Assembly (NCBI RefSeq): GCF_009914755.1
Contig: NC_060940.1
Reading direction: 5' to 3' (one strand)
DNA length: 64,000 nucleotides
Origin: the human T2T-CHM13v2.0 reference genome, Homo sapiens
The stretch's first letter is position 1. Each line of letters begins with the position of its first letter. The position numbers and the translations under genes were made by a program. Below are positions 29,154 through 44,300 of the stretch, one piece after another. Below the pieces are notes generated by a model. That model made no database searches, was not told where the DNA came from, and saw only the letters and a program-made list of their open reading frames with translations.

Positions 29154-32100
29154 AGTAAACTCAACGATTCCATTCAATACCATTCGATGATGATTCCTTT
29201 TGAGTCCATTCAATGATTTCATTCAAGTCCATTTGATGATTCCTTTCAATTCCATTCTATGATGATTCCATTCGAGTCCATTCGATGATTCCATTCGATT
29301 GCATTCGATGATTCCATTATATTCCATTCAATGGTGATTCCATTCGAGTCCATTCGATGATTCCATTAGAGTACATTTAATGATTGCTTTGTTTTCAATT
29401 CGAAGATGATTACATTTTATTCCACTCTATGATACCATTCGATTCCATTCAATGATGATTCCACTCAAATCCATTGGATGATTCCATTCGTGTCCATTCG
29501 GTGATTTCATTAGATTCCATTCGAGGATGATTCCATTCGATTCCATTCGATGATTCCATTCAATTCCATTCGATGATGATTCCATTCCAGTCCATATGAT
29601 CATTCCATTTGATTTCATTCGATGATGATTCCTTTCGATTCCATTCGATGATTCCATTCTATTCCATTCGATGATGATTCCATTCGAGTCCATTCGATGA
29701 TTCCATTCGAGTCCATTTAATGATTCCATTGGGTTCAATTCAATGATGATTACATTGGATTCCGTTCTATGATTCCATTCAATTCCGTTCATTGACAATT
29801 TGATTCCATTCGATGATGATTCCATTTGAGTTCATTCGATGATTCTATTCGATTCTCTTCGATGGTGATTCAATTCTATTATATTGGATGATTCCATTCG
29901 ATTCCATTTGATGTTGATTCAATTCGATTCTATTCGATGATGATTCCATTGGATTTCACTTGATGATTCTATTCGATTCCATTCAATGATGATTCACTTC
30001 TCGTCCATTGGATGATTCCATTTCATTCCATTCGATGATGATTCCATTCGATTCCATTCGATGATTCCATTTGATTCCATGCGACGGTGAGCAATTCGAT
30101 TCAATTCCATGATGATTCTATTTGATTCAATTAGATGATGTTTCCATTCGAATCCATTCCATGATTATTCCATTGGAATCCAATCGGCGATGATTCCATA
30201 TGAGTCAATTCAATGATGATTCCATATGGGTCCGTTCGATGATAATTCCATTTGATTTCATTCGATGCTTCTATTCTATTCCAGTCGATGATGATTCCGT
30301 TGGAGTCCATACGATGATTCCATTTGATTTCATTTGATGATGATTCCATTCGATGAGGATTACATTGGATTCCATTCTATGATTCCATTCAATTCCATTC
30401 GTTGATGATTCGATTCCATTCAATGATGATTCCATTTGAGTTCATTCGATGATTCTATTCGATTCCGTTCGATGGTGATTCAATTCTATTATATTGGATG
30501 ATTCCACTCGATTCCATTTGATGATTATTCCATTGGAGTCCACTTAGTGAATCCTTTAGATTCTACTCGACGATGATTCCATTCGAGTCCATTCGATGAT
30601 ACCATTCAATTCCATTCGTTGATGCTTCCATTCAAGTGCATTCGATGATATCATTCGATTCCATTTGATGATAATTCCATTTGATTCCATGCGATGATTC
30701 TATTCGATTCCATTCAATGATAATTCCATTCAATTCAGTGATTCCTCTGGACTCCATTTGATGATGATTCCATTCAATGATTCCATTCGATTCTATTCGA
30801 AAATGATTCCATTTGAATCCATTTGATGATGATTCCATTAGATTCCATTTGATGATTCCATTCGATTCCATTCGACGATGATTCCATTCGATTCCGTTTG
30901 ATGATTCCATTCTATTCTATTCGATGATGATTCCATTCGATTCCATTCGATGATGATTGGATTCGATTCCATTTGATGATTTCATTTGATTCCATTCGTT
31001 AATGATTTCGATCAATTCCATTCGATGATTCCATTCGATTCCATTTGATAATGATTACATCCGAGTCCATTCGATGATTCCCTTTGAGCCTGTTCGATAA
31101 TTCCATTTGAGTCCAACCAATGATTCCATTCATTTCCATTCAATGATTCCATTCGAGTCCATATGATCATTCCGGTAGGGTCCATTCGATGTTGATTCCA
31201 TTGGAGTGCATTCGATGATTCCATTCGAGTCCATTTTAGGATTTGATTCGAGTCCTTTCGATGATTCCATTCGATTCCACTCGATGATGATTTCATTCGA
31301 GTCCATTCGACACTTCCAATCGATTCCATTTGATGATTCCATTCGAGTCCAATTGATGATTCCATTCAATTCCATTCGATGATGATTCCGTACGATTCCA
31401 TTCTGTGATGATTCCATGTGATTGCATTCAATGATGATTCCTTTCGATTGCATTCGATTATGATTCATTTCGTGTTCATTCTATGGTTCCACAGGTTTCC
31501 ATTCGTGTCCATTCCATTATTCCATTCTATTCCATTTGATGATGATTCCATTCGATTCCATTCATTGGTGATTCCACTCAATTCCATTCAATGATTCCAT
31601 TCCATTTCTTTCAACAATGATTCCATTAGTTTCTAATCGATGATCCACTTGATTCCATTTGACGACGATTCCATTCTTGTCCATTCGATGATTCCATTTG
31701 ATTCCATATGATGATGATTCCATTCGATTCCATACCATGATGATTCCATTCGAGTCCATTCAATGGTGATTCCATTCAATTCCATTCGATGATTCCTTTT
31801 GATTCCATTCGATGATGATGGCATTCGATTCCTTTCAATCATTCCCTTTGATTCCATTCAAAGGTGATTTCATTCAAGTCCATTCGATAATTGCATTCGA
31901 TTCCATTCTATGATGATTCCATTCGAGTCCATTTGATGATTCCATTCAATTCAAGTCAATGATGATTCCATTCGATTCCATTCGATGATTCCATTGGATT
32001 CCATTCGATGATGATTCCATTCAAATCCATTCGATAATTCAATTCAAGTCCATTCGATGATGATTCCAATCGAATCCATTCAAAGATTCCATTCAGTTCC

Positions 32101-35100
32101 ATTCGATGATTCCCTTAGATTCCATTCGATGATTCCACTTGATTGCATTTACGATGATTCCATTCGATTCCATGTGATGATTCCATTCAATTCTATTCAA
32201 TGATGTCTCCATTTGATTCCATTCGACCATGATTGCCTTTGATTCCATTCAATGATTCCATTCGGTTCCGTTTGATGATGATTCCGTTCGATTCCATTTG
32301 ATGATTCCATTTGATTCCATTGGATGAGTCCATTCGATTACATTCGATGATTATTCCATTCGAGTGCATTAGATGATTCCATTCGAGTCCATTCGATGAT
32401 TCCATTCGATTCCATTCGATGTTGATTCTGTTCAAATCCATTCGATGATTCCACTCGATTCCATTCGTTGACTCCATTTGATCCCATTCGATGATTTCCT
32501 TTGATTCCCTTTGATGATCATTCCATTTGATTCAATTCGGTGATTTCATTTGATTCCATTCAGTGATGTTTCCATTCGACTCCATTCGATGATGATTCCA
32601 TTCGACTCCATTCGATTATGATTTCATTCAATTCCATTCGATAATGATTCCCTTCGAGTCCATTCGATGATTCCATTCGATTCCATTCAACGATGATTTG
32701 ATTCGTGTCCATTCGATGATTCCATTTGATTCCACTTGATGATGATTCCATTCGAGTCCATTTGATGATTCCATTCAATTCCATACTCCGATGATTTCTT
32801 TTGAGCCCACTCAATGCTTCCACTCGATTCCATATGATGATGACTCCATTCGATGAAATTCGATGATGATTCCATTCGCTTGCTTTCGATGATGATTCCA
32901 CTTGAGTCCGTTAGAAGATTCTATTCAATTACATTCCATGACGATTCCGTTCGAGTCCATTTGATGATTCCATTAGACTCCATTCGACGATGATTCCATT
33001 CGATGTTATTCCATGATTCCATTCGATCTCATTCGATGATGATTCCATTCAACTCCATTCGATGTTTCCATTCGAGTTCATTCTATTATTCCATTAGATT
33101 CCATTCGATGATGATTCCATTCGATTCCATTTGATGATTGCATTCTATTTCATTTGATGATGATTCCATTCGAGTCCACTCGATGATTCCATTCGAGTCC
33201 ATTTAATGAATCCATTGGTTTCAATTCTATGATGATTACATTGGATTCCATTCGTTGATGATTTCATTCGGTTCCATTCAATGATGATTCCATTCAATTC
33301 CTTTCAATGTTTCCATTCAATTCCATACGATGATGATTCCATTTGATTTGATTCGACAGTGAGCCATTCGATTCAATTCCATGATGATTCTATTTGATTC
33401 AATTGGTTGACATTTCCATTCGATTCCATTCGATGATGATTCCCTTTGATACCGTTCAAAGATGATTCCATTCTAGCCCATTCAATCATTCCATTCGATT
33501 CTATTCAATGATGATTCCATTCATGTCGATTTGGTGATTCCATTTGACTTCATTTGATGATGATTCCTTTCAAGTTCATTAGATGATTCCATTCGATTCC
33601 ATTTGATGATGATCCCATTCGAGTCCATTCAGTGATTCCATTCGTTTCCATTCCATGATGATTCCATTCCTTTCCATTCAATGATTCCATTCGATTCCGT
33701 TTGATGATGATTTCATTCGAGTCCATTTGATGATTCCATTTGATTCCATTCGATGATGATTCCTTTCGAGTCCATTCGATGATTCTATTCGAATCCATTT
33801 GATGATTTCTTTTGATTATATTTGGTGATGATTCCATTGGAGTCCATTCAATGATTCCATTCTATTCCAATCGATGATGATTCCATTAGAGTCCAGTTAA
33901 TGATTCCATTTGATTCCAGTCTCTGATGATTACATTCGAGTCCATACGATGATTCCACTCAATTCCATATGATGATGATTCCATTTGATTCCATTCGGTG
34001 ATTCCATTCTATTCTATTCAATGGTGATTCCATTCGAGTACATTAGATGATTCCATTCGATTCCATTCAATGATGATTCTATTTGTGTCCCTTAGATGAT
34101 TCCACATGATTCCATTAGATGATGATACTATTTGAGCCCATCCAATGATTCCCTTCGATTCCATTCGATGAGGATTCCATTCGATTCAATTCATTGGTGA
34201 TTCTATTCAATTCAATTCTTTGATTCCATTCCATTCCATTCGACAATGATTCCATTCGATTTCTTTCGATGATTCCACTCGATTCCACTTGACATTGATT
34301 CCATTCGATTCCATTCAATGATTCCATTTGATTCCAGTGCATGATGATTGCCATCAATTCCATTCGATCACTCCATTCTATTCCATTTGATGATGATTAC
34401 ATTCGATTCCATTTGATGATTCCATCTGATTCTATTCGAGGATTCCATTTGATTCCATTCGATGATGATTCCATTCGAGTCCATTCGATGATTTCATTCG
34501 AGTACATCCAATGATTCCATTCGAGTCCATTAGATGATTCCATTTGATTCCATTTGAAAATGATTCTACTAGAGTCCATTCAATGACTCCATTCGAGTCC
34601 ATTCAACAATTCCATTCGACTCCATTCGATGATTCCATTCGATTCCATTTGATGGTTCCATTCGAGTCCATTTAATCATTACAGTCGAGTCCATTTGGTG
34701 ATTCCACTGGATTTCTTTTGATAATGATACCATTCAATTACATTTGATGATGATCCCATTCAATTTCATTTGATGATGATTCCATTAGAGTCCATTCGAT
34801 GATTTCATTCGAGTCCCTTCATTGATTCCATCCGATTTCATTGGATGATGACTCCATTCGAGTCCATTCGATGATTCCACTCGATTCCATTAGATGACTC
34901 CATTGGAGTCCATTTGATTGTTCCATTCGATTCCATTCGATTCCTTTCGAAGATTATTCCATTTGAGTCCATTCGATGATGATTCCATTCCATTCCATTC
35001 GATGATTCCGTTTGATTCCATTCGATGATTCCCTTCGATTCCTTTCTTTGATGATTCCATTCCATTCCATTCAATGATTCCATTCGAATCTATTCCATGA

Positions 35101-35265
35101 TGATTCCTTTCGATTCCATTCGCTGATGTTTCCGTTCAATTCCATTCGATGATGATTCCATTCGATTCCATTCATTGAGGATTCCATTTGATTCCATTCA
35201 ATGATGATTCCATTCTATTCCATTCAATGATTGCATTCAATTCCATTCAATGATTATCCCCTTAG
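29154..35265 (+). repeat. Canonical 6,112-bp higher-order unit
   Basis: Anchors at 29154 and 35266. Confidence 0.92.
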
Positions 35266-38200
35266 AGTAAACTCAACGATTCCATTCAATACCATTCGAT
35301 GATGATTCCTTTTGAGTCCATTCAATGATTTCATTCAAGTCCATTTGATGATTCCTTTCAATTCCATTCTATGATGATTCCATTCGAGTCCATTCGATGA
35401 TTCCATTCGATTGCATTCGATGATTCCATTATATTCCATTCAACGGTGATTCCATTCGAGTCCATTCCATGATTCCATTAGAGTACATTTAATGATTGCT
35501 TTGTTTTCAATTCGAAGATGATTACATTGGATTCCATTCTATGATACCATTCGATTCCATTCAATGATGATTCCACTCAAATCCATTGGATGATTCCATT
35601 CGTGTCCATTCGGTGATTTCATTAGATTCCATTCGAGGATGATTCCATTCGATTCCATTCGATGATTCCATTCAATTCCATTCTATGATGATTCCATTCC
35701 AGTCCATATGATCATTCCATTTGATTTCATTCGATGATGATTCCATTCAATTCGATTCGACGATTCCATTCTATTCCATTCGATGATGATTCCATTCGAG
35801 TCCATTCGATGATTCCATTCGAGTCCATTTAATGATTCCATTGGGTTCAATTCAATGATGATTACATTGGATTCCGTTCTATGATTCCATTCAATTCCGT
35901 TCATTGACAATTTGATTCCATTCGATGATGATTCCATTTGAGTTCATTCGATGATTCTATTCGATTCTCTTCGATGGTGATTCAATTCTATTATATTGGA
36001 TGATTCCATTCGATTCCATTTGATGTTGATTCAATTCGATTCTATTCGATGATGATTCCATTGGATTTCACTTGATGATTCTATTCGATTCCATTCAATG
36101 ATGATTCACTTCTCGTCCATTGGATGATTCCATTTCATTCCATTCGATGATGATTCCATTCGATTCCATTCGATGATTCCATTTGATTCCATGCGACGGT
36201 GAGCAATTCGATTCAATTCCATGATGATTCTATTTGATTCAATTAGATGATGTTTCCATTCGAATCCATTCCATGATTATTCCATTGGAATCCATTCGGC
36301 GATGATTCCATATGAGTCAATTCAATGATGATTCCATATGGGTCCGTTCGATGATAATTCCATTTGATTTCATTTGATGCTTCTATTCTATTCCAGTCGA
36401 TGATGATTCCGTTGGAGTCCATACGATGATTCCATTTGATTTCATTTGATGATGGTTCCATTCGATGATGATTACATTGGATTCCATTCTATGATTCCAT
36501 TCAATTCCATTCGTTGATGATTCGATTCCATTCAATGATGATTCCATTTGAGTTCATTCGATGATTCTATTCGATTCCGTTCGATGGTGATTCAATTCTA
36601 TTATATTGGATGATTCCACTCGATTCCATTTGATGATTATTCCATTGGAGTCCACTTAGTGAATCCTTTAGATTCTACTCGACGATGATTCCATTCGAGT
36701 CCATTCGATGATACCATTCAATTCCATTCGTTGATGCTTCCATTCAAGTGCATTCGATGATATCATTCGATTCCATTTGATGATAATTCCATTTGATTCT
36801 GTGCGATGATTCTATTCGATTCCATTCAATGATAATTCCATTCAATTCAGTGATTCCTCTGGACTCCATTTGATGATGATTCCATTCAATGATTCCATTC
36901 GATTCTATTCGAAAATGATTCCATTTGAATCCATTTGATGATGATTCCATTAGATTCCATTTGATGATTCCATTCGATTCCATTCGACGATGATTCCATT
37001 CGATTCCGTTTGATGATTCCATTCTATTCTATTCGATGATGATTCCATTCGATTCCATTCGATGATGATTGGATTCGATTCCATTTGATGATTTCATTTG
37101 ATTCCATTCGTTAATGATTTCGATCAATTCCATTCGATGATTCCATTCGATTCCATTCGATAATGATTACATCCGAGTCCATTCGATGATTCCCTTTGAG
37201 CCTGTTCGATAATTCCATTTGAGTCCAACCAATGATTCCATTCATTTCCATTCAATGATTCCATTCGAGTCCATTTGATCATTCCGGTGGGGTCCATTCG
37301 ATGTTGATTCCATTGGAGTGCATTCGATGATTCCATTCGAGTCCATTTTAGGATTTGATTCGAGTCCTTTCGATGATTCCATTCGATTCCACTCGATGAT
37401 GATTTCATTCGAGTCCATTCGACACTTCCAATCGATTCCATTTGATGATTCCATTCGAGTCCAATTGATGATTCCATTCAATTCCATTCGATGATGATTC
37501 CGTACGATTCCATTCTGTGATGATTCCATGTGATTGCATTCAATGATGATTCCTTTCGATTGCATTCGATTATGATTCATTTCGTGTTCATTCTATGGTT
37601 CCACAGGTTTCCATTCGTGTCCATTCCATTATTCCATTCTATTCCATTTGATGATGATTCCATTCGATTCCATTCATTGGTGATTCCACTCAATTCCATT
37701 CAATGATTCCATTCCATTTCTTTCAACAATGATTCCATTAGTTTCTATTCGATGATCCACTTGATTCCATTTGGCGATGATTCCATTCGTGTCCATTCGA
37801 TGATTCCATTTGATTCCATATGATGATGATTCCATTCGATTCCATACCATGATGATTCCATTCGAGTCCATTCAACGGTGATTCCATTCAATTCCATTCG
37901 ATGATTCCTTCCGATTCCATTCGATGATGATGGCATTCGATTCCTTTCAATCATTCCCTTTGATTCCATTCAAAGGTGATTTCATTCAAGTCCATTCGAT
38001 AATTGCATTCGATTCCATTCTATGATGATTCCATTCGAGTCCATTTGATGATTCCATTCAATTCAAGTCAATGATGATTCCATTCGATTCCATTCGATGA
38101 TTCCATTGGATTCCATTCGATGATGATTCCATTCAAATCCATTCGATAATTCAATTCAAGTCCATTCGATGATGATTCCAATCGAATCCATTCAAAGATT

Positions 38201-41200
38201 CCATTCAGTTCCATTCGATGATTCCCTTAGATTCCATTCGATGATTCCACTTGATTGCATTTACGATGATTCCATTCGATTCCATGTGATGATTCCATTC
38301 AATTCTATTCAATGATGTCTCCATTTGATTCCATTCGACCATGATTGCCTTTGATTCCATTCAATGATTCCATTCGGTTCCGTTTGATGATGATTCCGTT
38401 CGATTCCATTTGATGATTCCATTTGATTCCATTGGATGAGTCCATTCGATTACATTCGATGATTATTCCATTCGAGTGCATTAGATGATTCCATTCGAGT
38501 CCATTCGATGATTCCATTCGATTCCATTCGATGTTGATTCTGTTCAAATCCATTCGATGATTCCACTCGATTCCATTCGTTGACTCCATTTGATCCCATT
38601 CGATGATTTCCTTTGATTCCCTTTGATGATCATTCCATTTGATTCAATTCGGTGATTTCATTTGATTCCATTCAGTGATGTTTCCATTCGACTCCATTCG
38701 ATGATGATTCCATTCGACTCCATTCGATTATGATTTCATTCAATTCCATTCGATAATGATTCCCTTCGAGTCCATTCGATGATTCCATTCGATTCCATTC
38801 AACGATGATTTGATTCGTGTCCATTCGATGATTCCATCTGATTCCTCTTGATGATGATTCCATTCGAGTCCATTTGATGATTCCATTCAATTCCATACTC
38901 CGATGATTTCTTTTGAGCCCACTCAATGCTTCCACTCGATTCCATATGATGATGACTCCATTCGATGAAATTCGATGATGATTCCATTCGCTTGCTTTCG
39001 ATGATGATTCCACTTGAGTCCGTTAGAAGATTCTATTCAATTACATTCCATGACGATTCCGTTCGAGTCCATTTGATGATTCCATTAGACTCCATTCGAC
39101 GATGATTCCATTCGATGTTATTCGATGATTCCATTCGATCTCATTCGATGATGATTCCATTCAACTCCATTCGATGTTTCCATTCGAGTTCATTCTATTA
39201 TTCCATTAGATTCCATTCGATGATGATTCCATTCGATTCCATTTGATGATTGCATTCTATTTCATTTGATGATGATTCCATTCGAGTCCACTCGATGATT
39301 CCATTCGAGTCCATTTAATGAATCCATTGGTTTCAATTCTATGATGATTACATTGGATTCCATTCGTTGATGATTTCATTCGGTTCCATTCAATGATGAT
39401 TCCATTCAATTCCTTTCAATGTTTCCATTCAATTCCATACGATGATGATTCCATTTGATTTGATTCGACAGTGAGCCATTCGATTCAATTCCATGACGAT
39501 TCTATTTGATTCAATTGGTTGACATTTCCATTCGATTCCATTCGATGATGATTCCCTTTGATTCCGTTCAAAGATGATTCCATTCTAGCCCATTCAATCA
39601 TTCCATTCGATTCTATTCAATGATGATTCCATTCATGTCGATTTGGTGATTCCATTTGACTTCATTTGATGATGATTCCTTTCAAGTTCATTAGATGATT
39701 CCATTCGATTCCATTTGATGATGATCCCATTCGAGTCCATTCAGTGATTCCATTCGTTTCCATTCCATGATGATTCCATTCCTTTCCATTCAATGATTCC
39801 ATTCGATTCCGTTTGATGATGATTTCATTCGAGTCCATTTGATGATTCCATTTGATTCCATTCGATGATGATTCCATTCGAGTCCATTCGATGATTCTAT
39901 TCGAATCCATTTGATGATTTCTTTTGATTATATTTGGTGATGATTCCATTGGAGTCCATTCAATGATTCCATTCTATTCCAATCGATGATGATTCCATTA
40001 GAGTCCATTTAATGATTCCATTTGATTCCAGTCTCTGATGATTACATTCGAGTCCATACGATGATTCCACTCAATTCCATATGATGATGATTCCATTTGA
40101 TTCCATTCGGTGATTCCGTTCTATTCTATTCAATGGTGATTCCATTCGAGTACATTAGATGATTCCATTCGATTCCATTCAATGATGATTCTATTTGTGT
40201 CCCTTAGATGATTCCACATGATTCCATTAGATGATGATACTATTTGAGCCCATCCAATGATTCCCTTCGATTCCATTCGATGAGGATTCCATTCGATTCA
40301 ATTCATTGGTGATTCTATTCAATTCAATTCTTTGATTCCATTCCATTCCATTCGACAATGATTCCATTCGATTTCTTTCGATGATTCCACTCGATTCCAC
40401 TTGACATTGATTCCATTCGATTCCATTCAATGATTCCATTTGATTCCAGTGGATGATGATTGCCATCGATTCCATTCGATCACTCCATTCTATTCCATTT
40501 GATGATGATTACATTCGATTCCATTTGATGATTCCATCTGATTTTATTCGAGGATTCCATTTGATTCCATTCGATGATGATTCCATTCGAGTCCTTTCGA
40601 TGATTTCATTCGAGTACATCCAATGATTCCATTCGAGTCCATTTGATGATTCCATTTGATTCCATTTGATTATGATTCTACTAGAGTCCATTCAATGACT
40701 CCATTCGAGTCCATTCAACAATTCCATTCGACTCCATTCGATGATTGCATTCGATTCCATTTGATGATTCCATTCGAGTCCATTTAATCATTACAGTCGA
40801 GTCCATTTGGTGATTCCACCGGATTTCTTTTAATAATGATACCATTCCATTACATTTGATGATGATCCCATTCAATTTCATTAGATGATGATTCCCTTAG
40901 AGTCCATTCGATGATTTCATTCGAGTCCCTTCACTGATTCCATCCGATTTCATTGGATGATGACTCCATTCGAGTCCATTCGATGATTCCACTCGATTCC
41001 ATTAGATGATTCCATTGGAGTCCATTTGATTGTTCCATTCGATTCCATTCGATTCCTTTCGAAGATTATTCCATTTGAGTCCATTCGATGATGATTCCAT
41101 TCCATTCCATTCGATGATTCCGTTTGATTCCATTCGATGATTCCCTTCGATTCCTTTCTTTGATGATTCCATTCCATTCCATTCAATGATTCCATTCGAA

Positions 41201-41377
41201 TCTATTCCATGATGATTCCTTTCGATTCCATTCGTTGATGTTTCCGTTCAATTCCATTCGATGATGATTCCATTCGATTCCATTCATTGAGGATTCCATT
41301 TGATTCCATTCAATGATGATTCCATTCTATTCCATTCAATGATTGCATTCAATTCCATTCAATGATTATCCCATTAG
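35266..41377 (+). repeat. Canonical 6,112-bp higher-order unit
   Basis: Anchors at 35266 and 41378. Confidence 0.92.
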
Positions 41378-44300
41378 AGTAAACTCAAAGATTCCTTTCA
41401 ATACCATTCGATGATGATTCCTTTTGAGTCCATTCAATGATTTCATTCAAGTCCATTTGATGATTCCTTTCAATTCCATTCTATGATGATTCCATTCGAG
41501 TCCATTCGATGATTCCATTCGATTGCATTCGATGATTCCATTATATTCCATTCAACGATGATTCCATTCGAGTCCATTCGATGATTCCATTAGAGTACAT
41601 TTAATGATTGCTTTGTTTTCAATTCGAAGATGATTACATTGGATTCCATTCTATGATACCATTCGATTCCATTCAATGATGATTCCACTCAAATCCATTG
41701 GATGATTCCATTCGTGTCCATTCGGTGATTTCATTAGATTCCATTCGAGGATGATTCCATTTGATTCCCTTCGATGATTCCATTCAATTCCATTCGATGA
41801 TGATTCCATTCCAGTCCATATGATCATTCCATTTGATTTCATTCGATGATGATTCCATTCGATTCCATTCGATGATTCCAATCTATTCCATTCGATGATG
41901 ATTCCATTCGAGTCCATTCGATGATTGCATTCGAGTCCATTTAATGATTCCATTGGGTTCAATTCAATGATGATTACATTGGATTCCGTTCTATGATTCC
42001 ATTCAATTCCGTTCATTGACAATTTGATTCCATTCGATGATGATTCCATTTGAGTTCATTCGATGATTCTATTCGATTCTCTTCGATGGTGATTCAATTC
42101 TATTATATTGGATGATTCCATTCGATTCCATTTGATGTTGATTCAATTCGATTCTATTCGATGATGATTCCATTGGATTTCACTTGATGATTCTATTCGA
42201 TTCCATTCAATGATGATTCACTTCTCGTCCATTGGATGATTCCATTTCATTCCATTCGATGATGATTCCATTCGATTCCATTCGGTGATTCCATTTGATT
42301 CCATGCGTCGGTGAGCAATTCGATTCAATTCCATGATGATTCTATTTGATTCAATTAGATGATGTTTCCATTCGAATCCATTCCATGATTATTCCATTGG
42401 AATCCATTCGGCGATGATTCCATATGAGTCAATTCAATGATGATTCCATATGGGTCCGTTCGATGATAATTCCATTTGATTTCATTCGGTGCTTCTATTC
42501 AATTCCAGTCGATGATGATTCCGTTGGAGTCCATACGATGATTCCATTTGATTTCATTTGATGATGATTCCATTCGATGATGATTACATTGGATTCCATT
42601 CTATGATTCCATTCAATTCCATTCGTTGATGATTCGATTCCATTCAATGATGATTCCATTTGAGTTCATTCGATGATTCTATTCGATTCCGTTCGATGGT
42701 GATTCAATTCTCTTATATTGGATGATTCCACTCGATTCCATTTGACGATAATTCCATTGGAGTCCACTTAGTGAATCCTTTAGATTCTACTCGAAGATGA
42801 TTCCATTCGAGTCCATTCGATGATACCATTCAATTTCATTCGTTGATGCTTCCATTCAAGTGCATTCGATGATATCATTCGATTCCATTTGATGATAATT
42901 CCATTTGATTCCATGCGATGATTCTATTCGATTCCATTCAACGACAATTCCATTCAATTCAGTGATTCCTCTGGACTCCATTTGATGATGATTCCATTCA
43001 ATGATTCCATTCGATTCTATTCGAAAATGATTCCATTTGAATCCATTTGATGATGATTCCATTAGATTCCATTTGATGATTCCATTCGATTCCATTCAAT
43101 GATGATTCCATTCGATTCCGTTTGATGATTCCATTCTATTCTATTCGATGATGATTCCATTCGATTCCATTCGATGATGATTGGATTCGATTCCATTTGA
43201 TGATTTCATTTGATTCCATTCGTTAATGATTTCGATCAATTCCATTCGATGATTCCATTCGATTCCATTCGATAATGATTACATCCGAGTCCATTCGATG
43301 ATTCCCTTTGAGCCTGTTCGATAATTCCATTTGAGTCCAACCAATGATTCCATTCATTTCCATTCAATGATTCCATTCGAGTCCATTTGATCATTCCGGT
43401 AGGGTCCATTCGATGTTGATTCCATTGGAGTGCATTCGATGATTCCATTCGAGTCCATTTTATGATTTGATTCGAGTCCTTTCGATGATTCCATTCGATT
43501 CCACTCGATGATGATTTCATTCGAGTCCATTCGACACTTCCAATCGATTCCATTTGATGTTTCCATTCGAGTCCAATTGATGATTCCATTCAATTCCATT
43601 CGATGATGATTCCGTACGATTCCATTCTGTGATGATTCCATGTGATTGCATTCAATGATGATTCCTTTAGATTGCATTCGATTGTGATTCATTTCGTGTT
43701 CATTCTATGGTTCCACAGGTTTCCATTCGTGTCCATTCCATTATTCCATTCTATTCCATTTGATGATGATTCCATTCGATTCCATTCATTGGTGATTCCA
43801 CTCAATTCCATTCAATGATTCCATTCCATTTCTTTCAACAATGATTCCATTAGTTTCTATTCGATGATCCACTTGATTCCATTTGACGACGATTCCATTC
43901 GTGTCCATTCGATGATTCCATTTGATTCCATATGATGATGATTCCATTCGATTCCATACGATGATGATTCCATTCGAGTCCATTCAATGGTGATTCCATT
44001 CAATTCCATTCGATGATTCCTTTCGATTCCATTCGATGATGATGGCATTCGATTCCTTTCAATCATTCCCTTTGATTCCATTCCGAGGTGATTTCATTCA
44101 AGTCCATTCGATAATTGCATTCGATTCCATTCTATGATGATTCCATTCGAGTCCATTTGATGATTCCATTCAATTCAAGTCAATGATTATTCCATTCGAT
44201 TCCATTCGATGATTCCATTGGATTCCATTCGATGATGATTCCATTCAAATCCATTCGATAATTCAATTCAAGTCCATTCGATGATGATTAAAATCGAATC

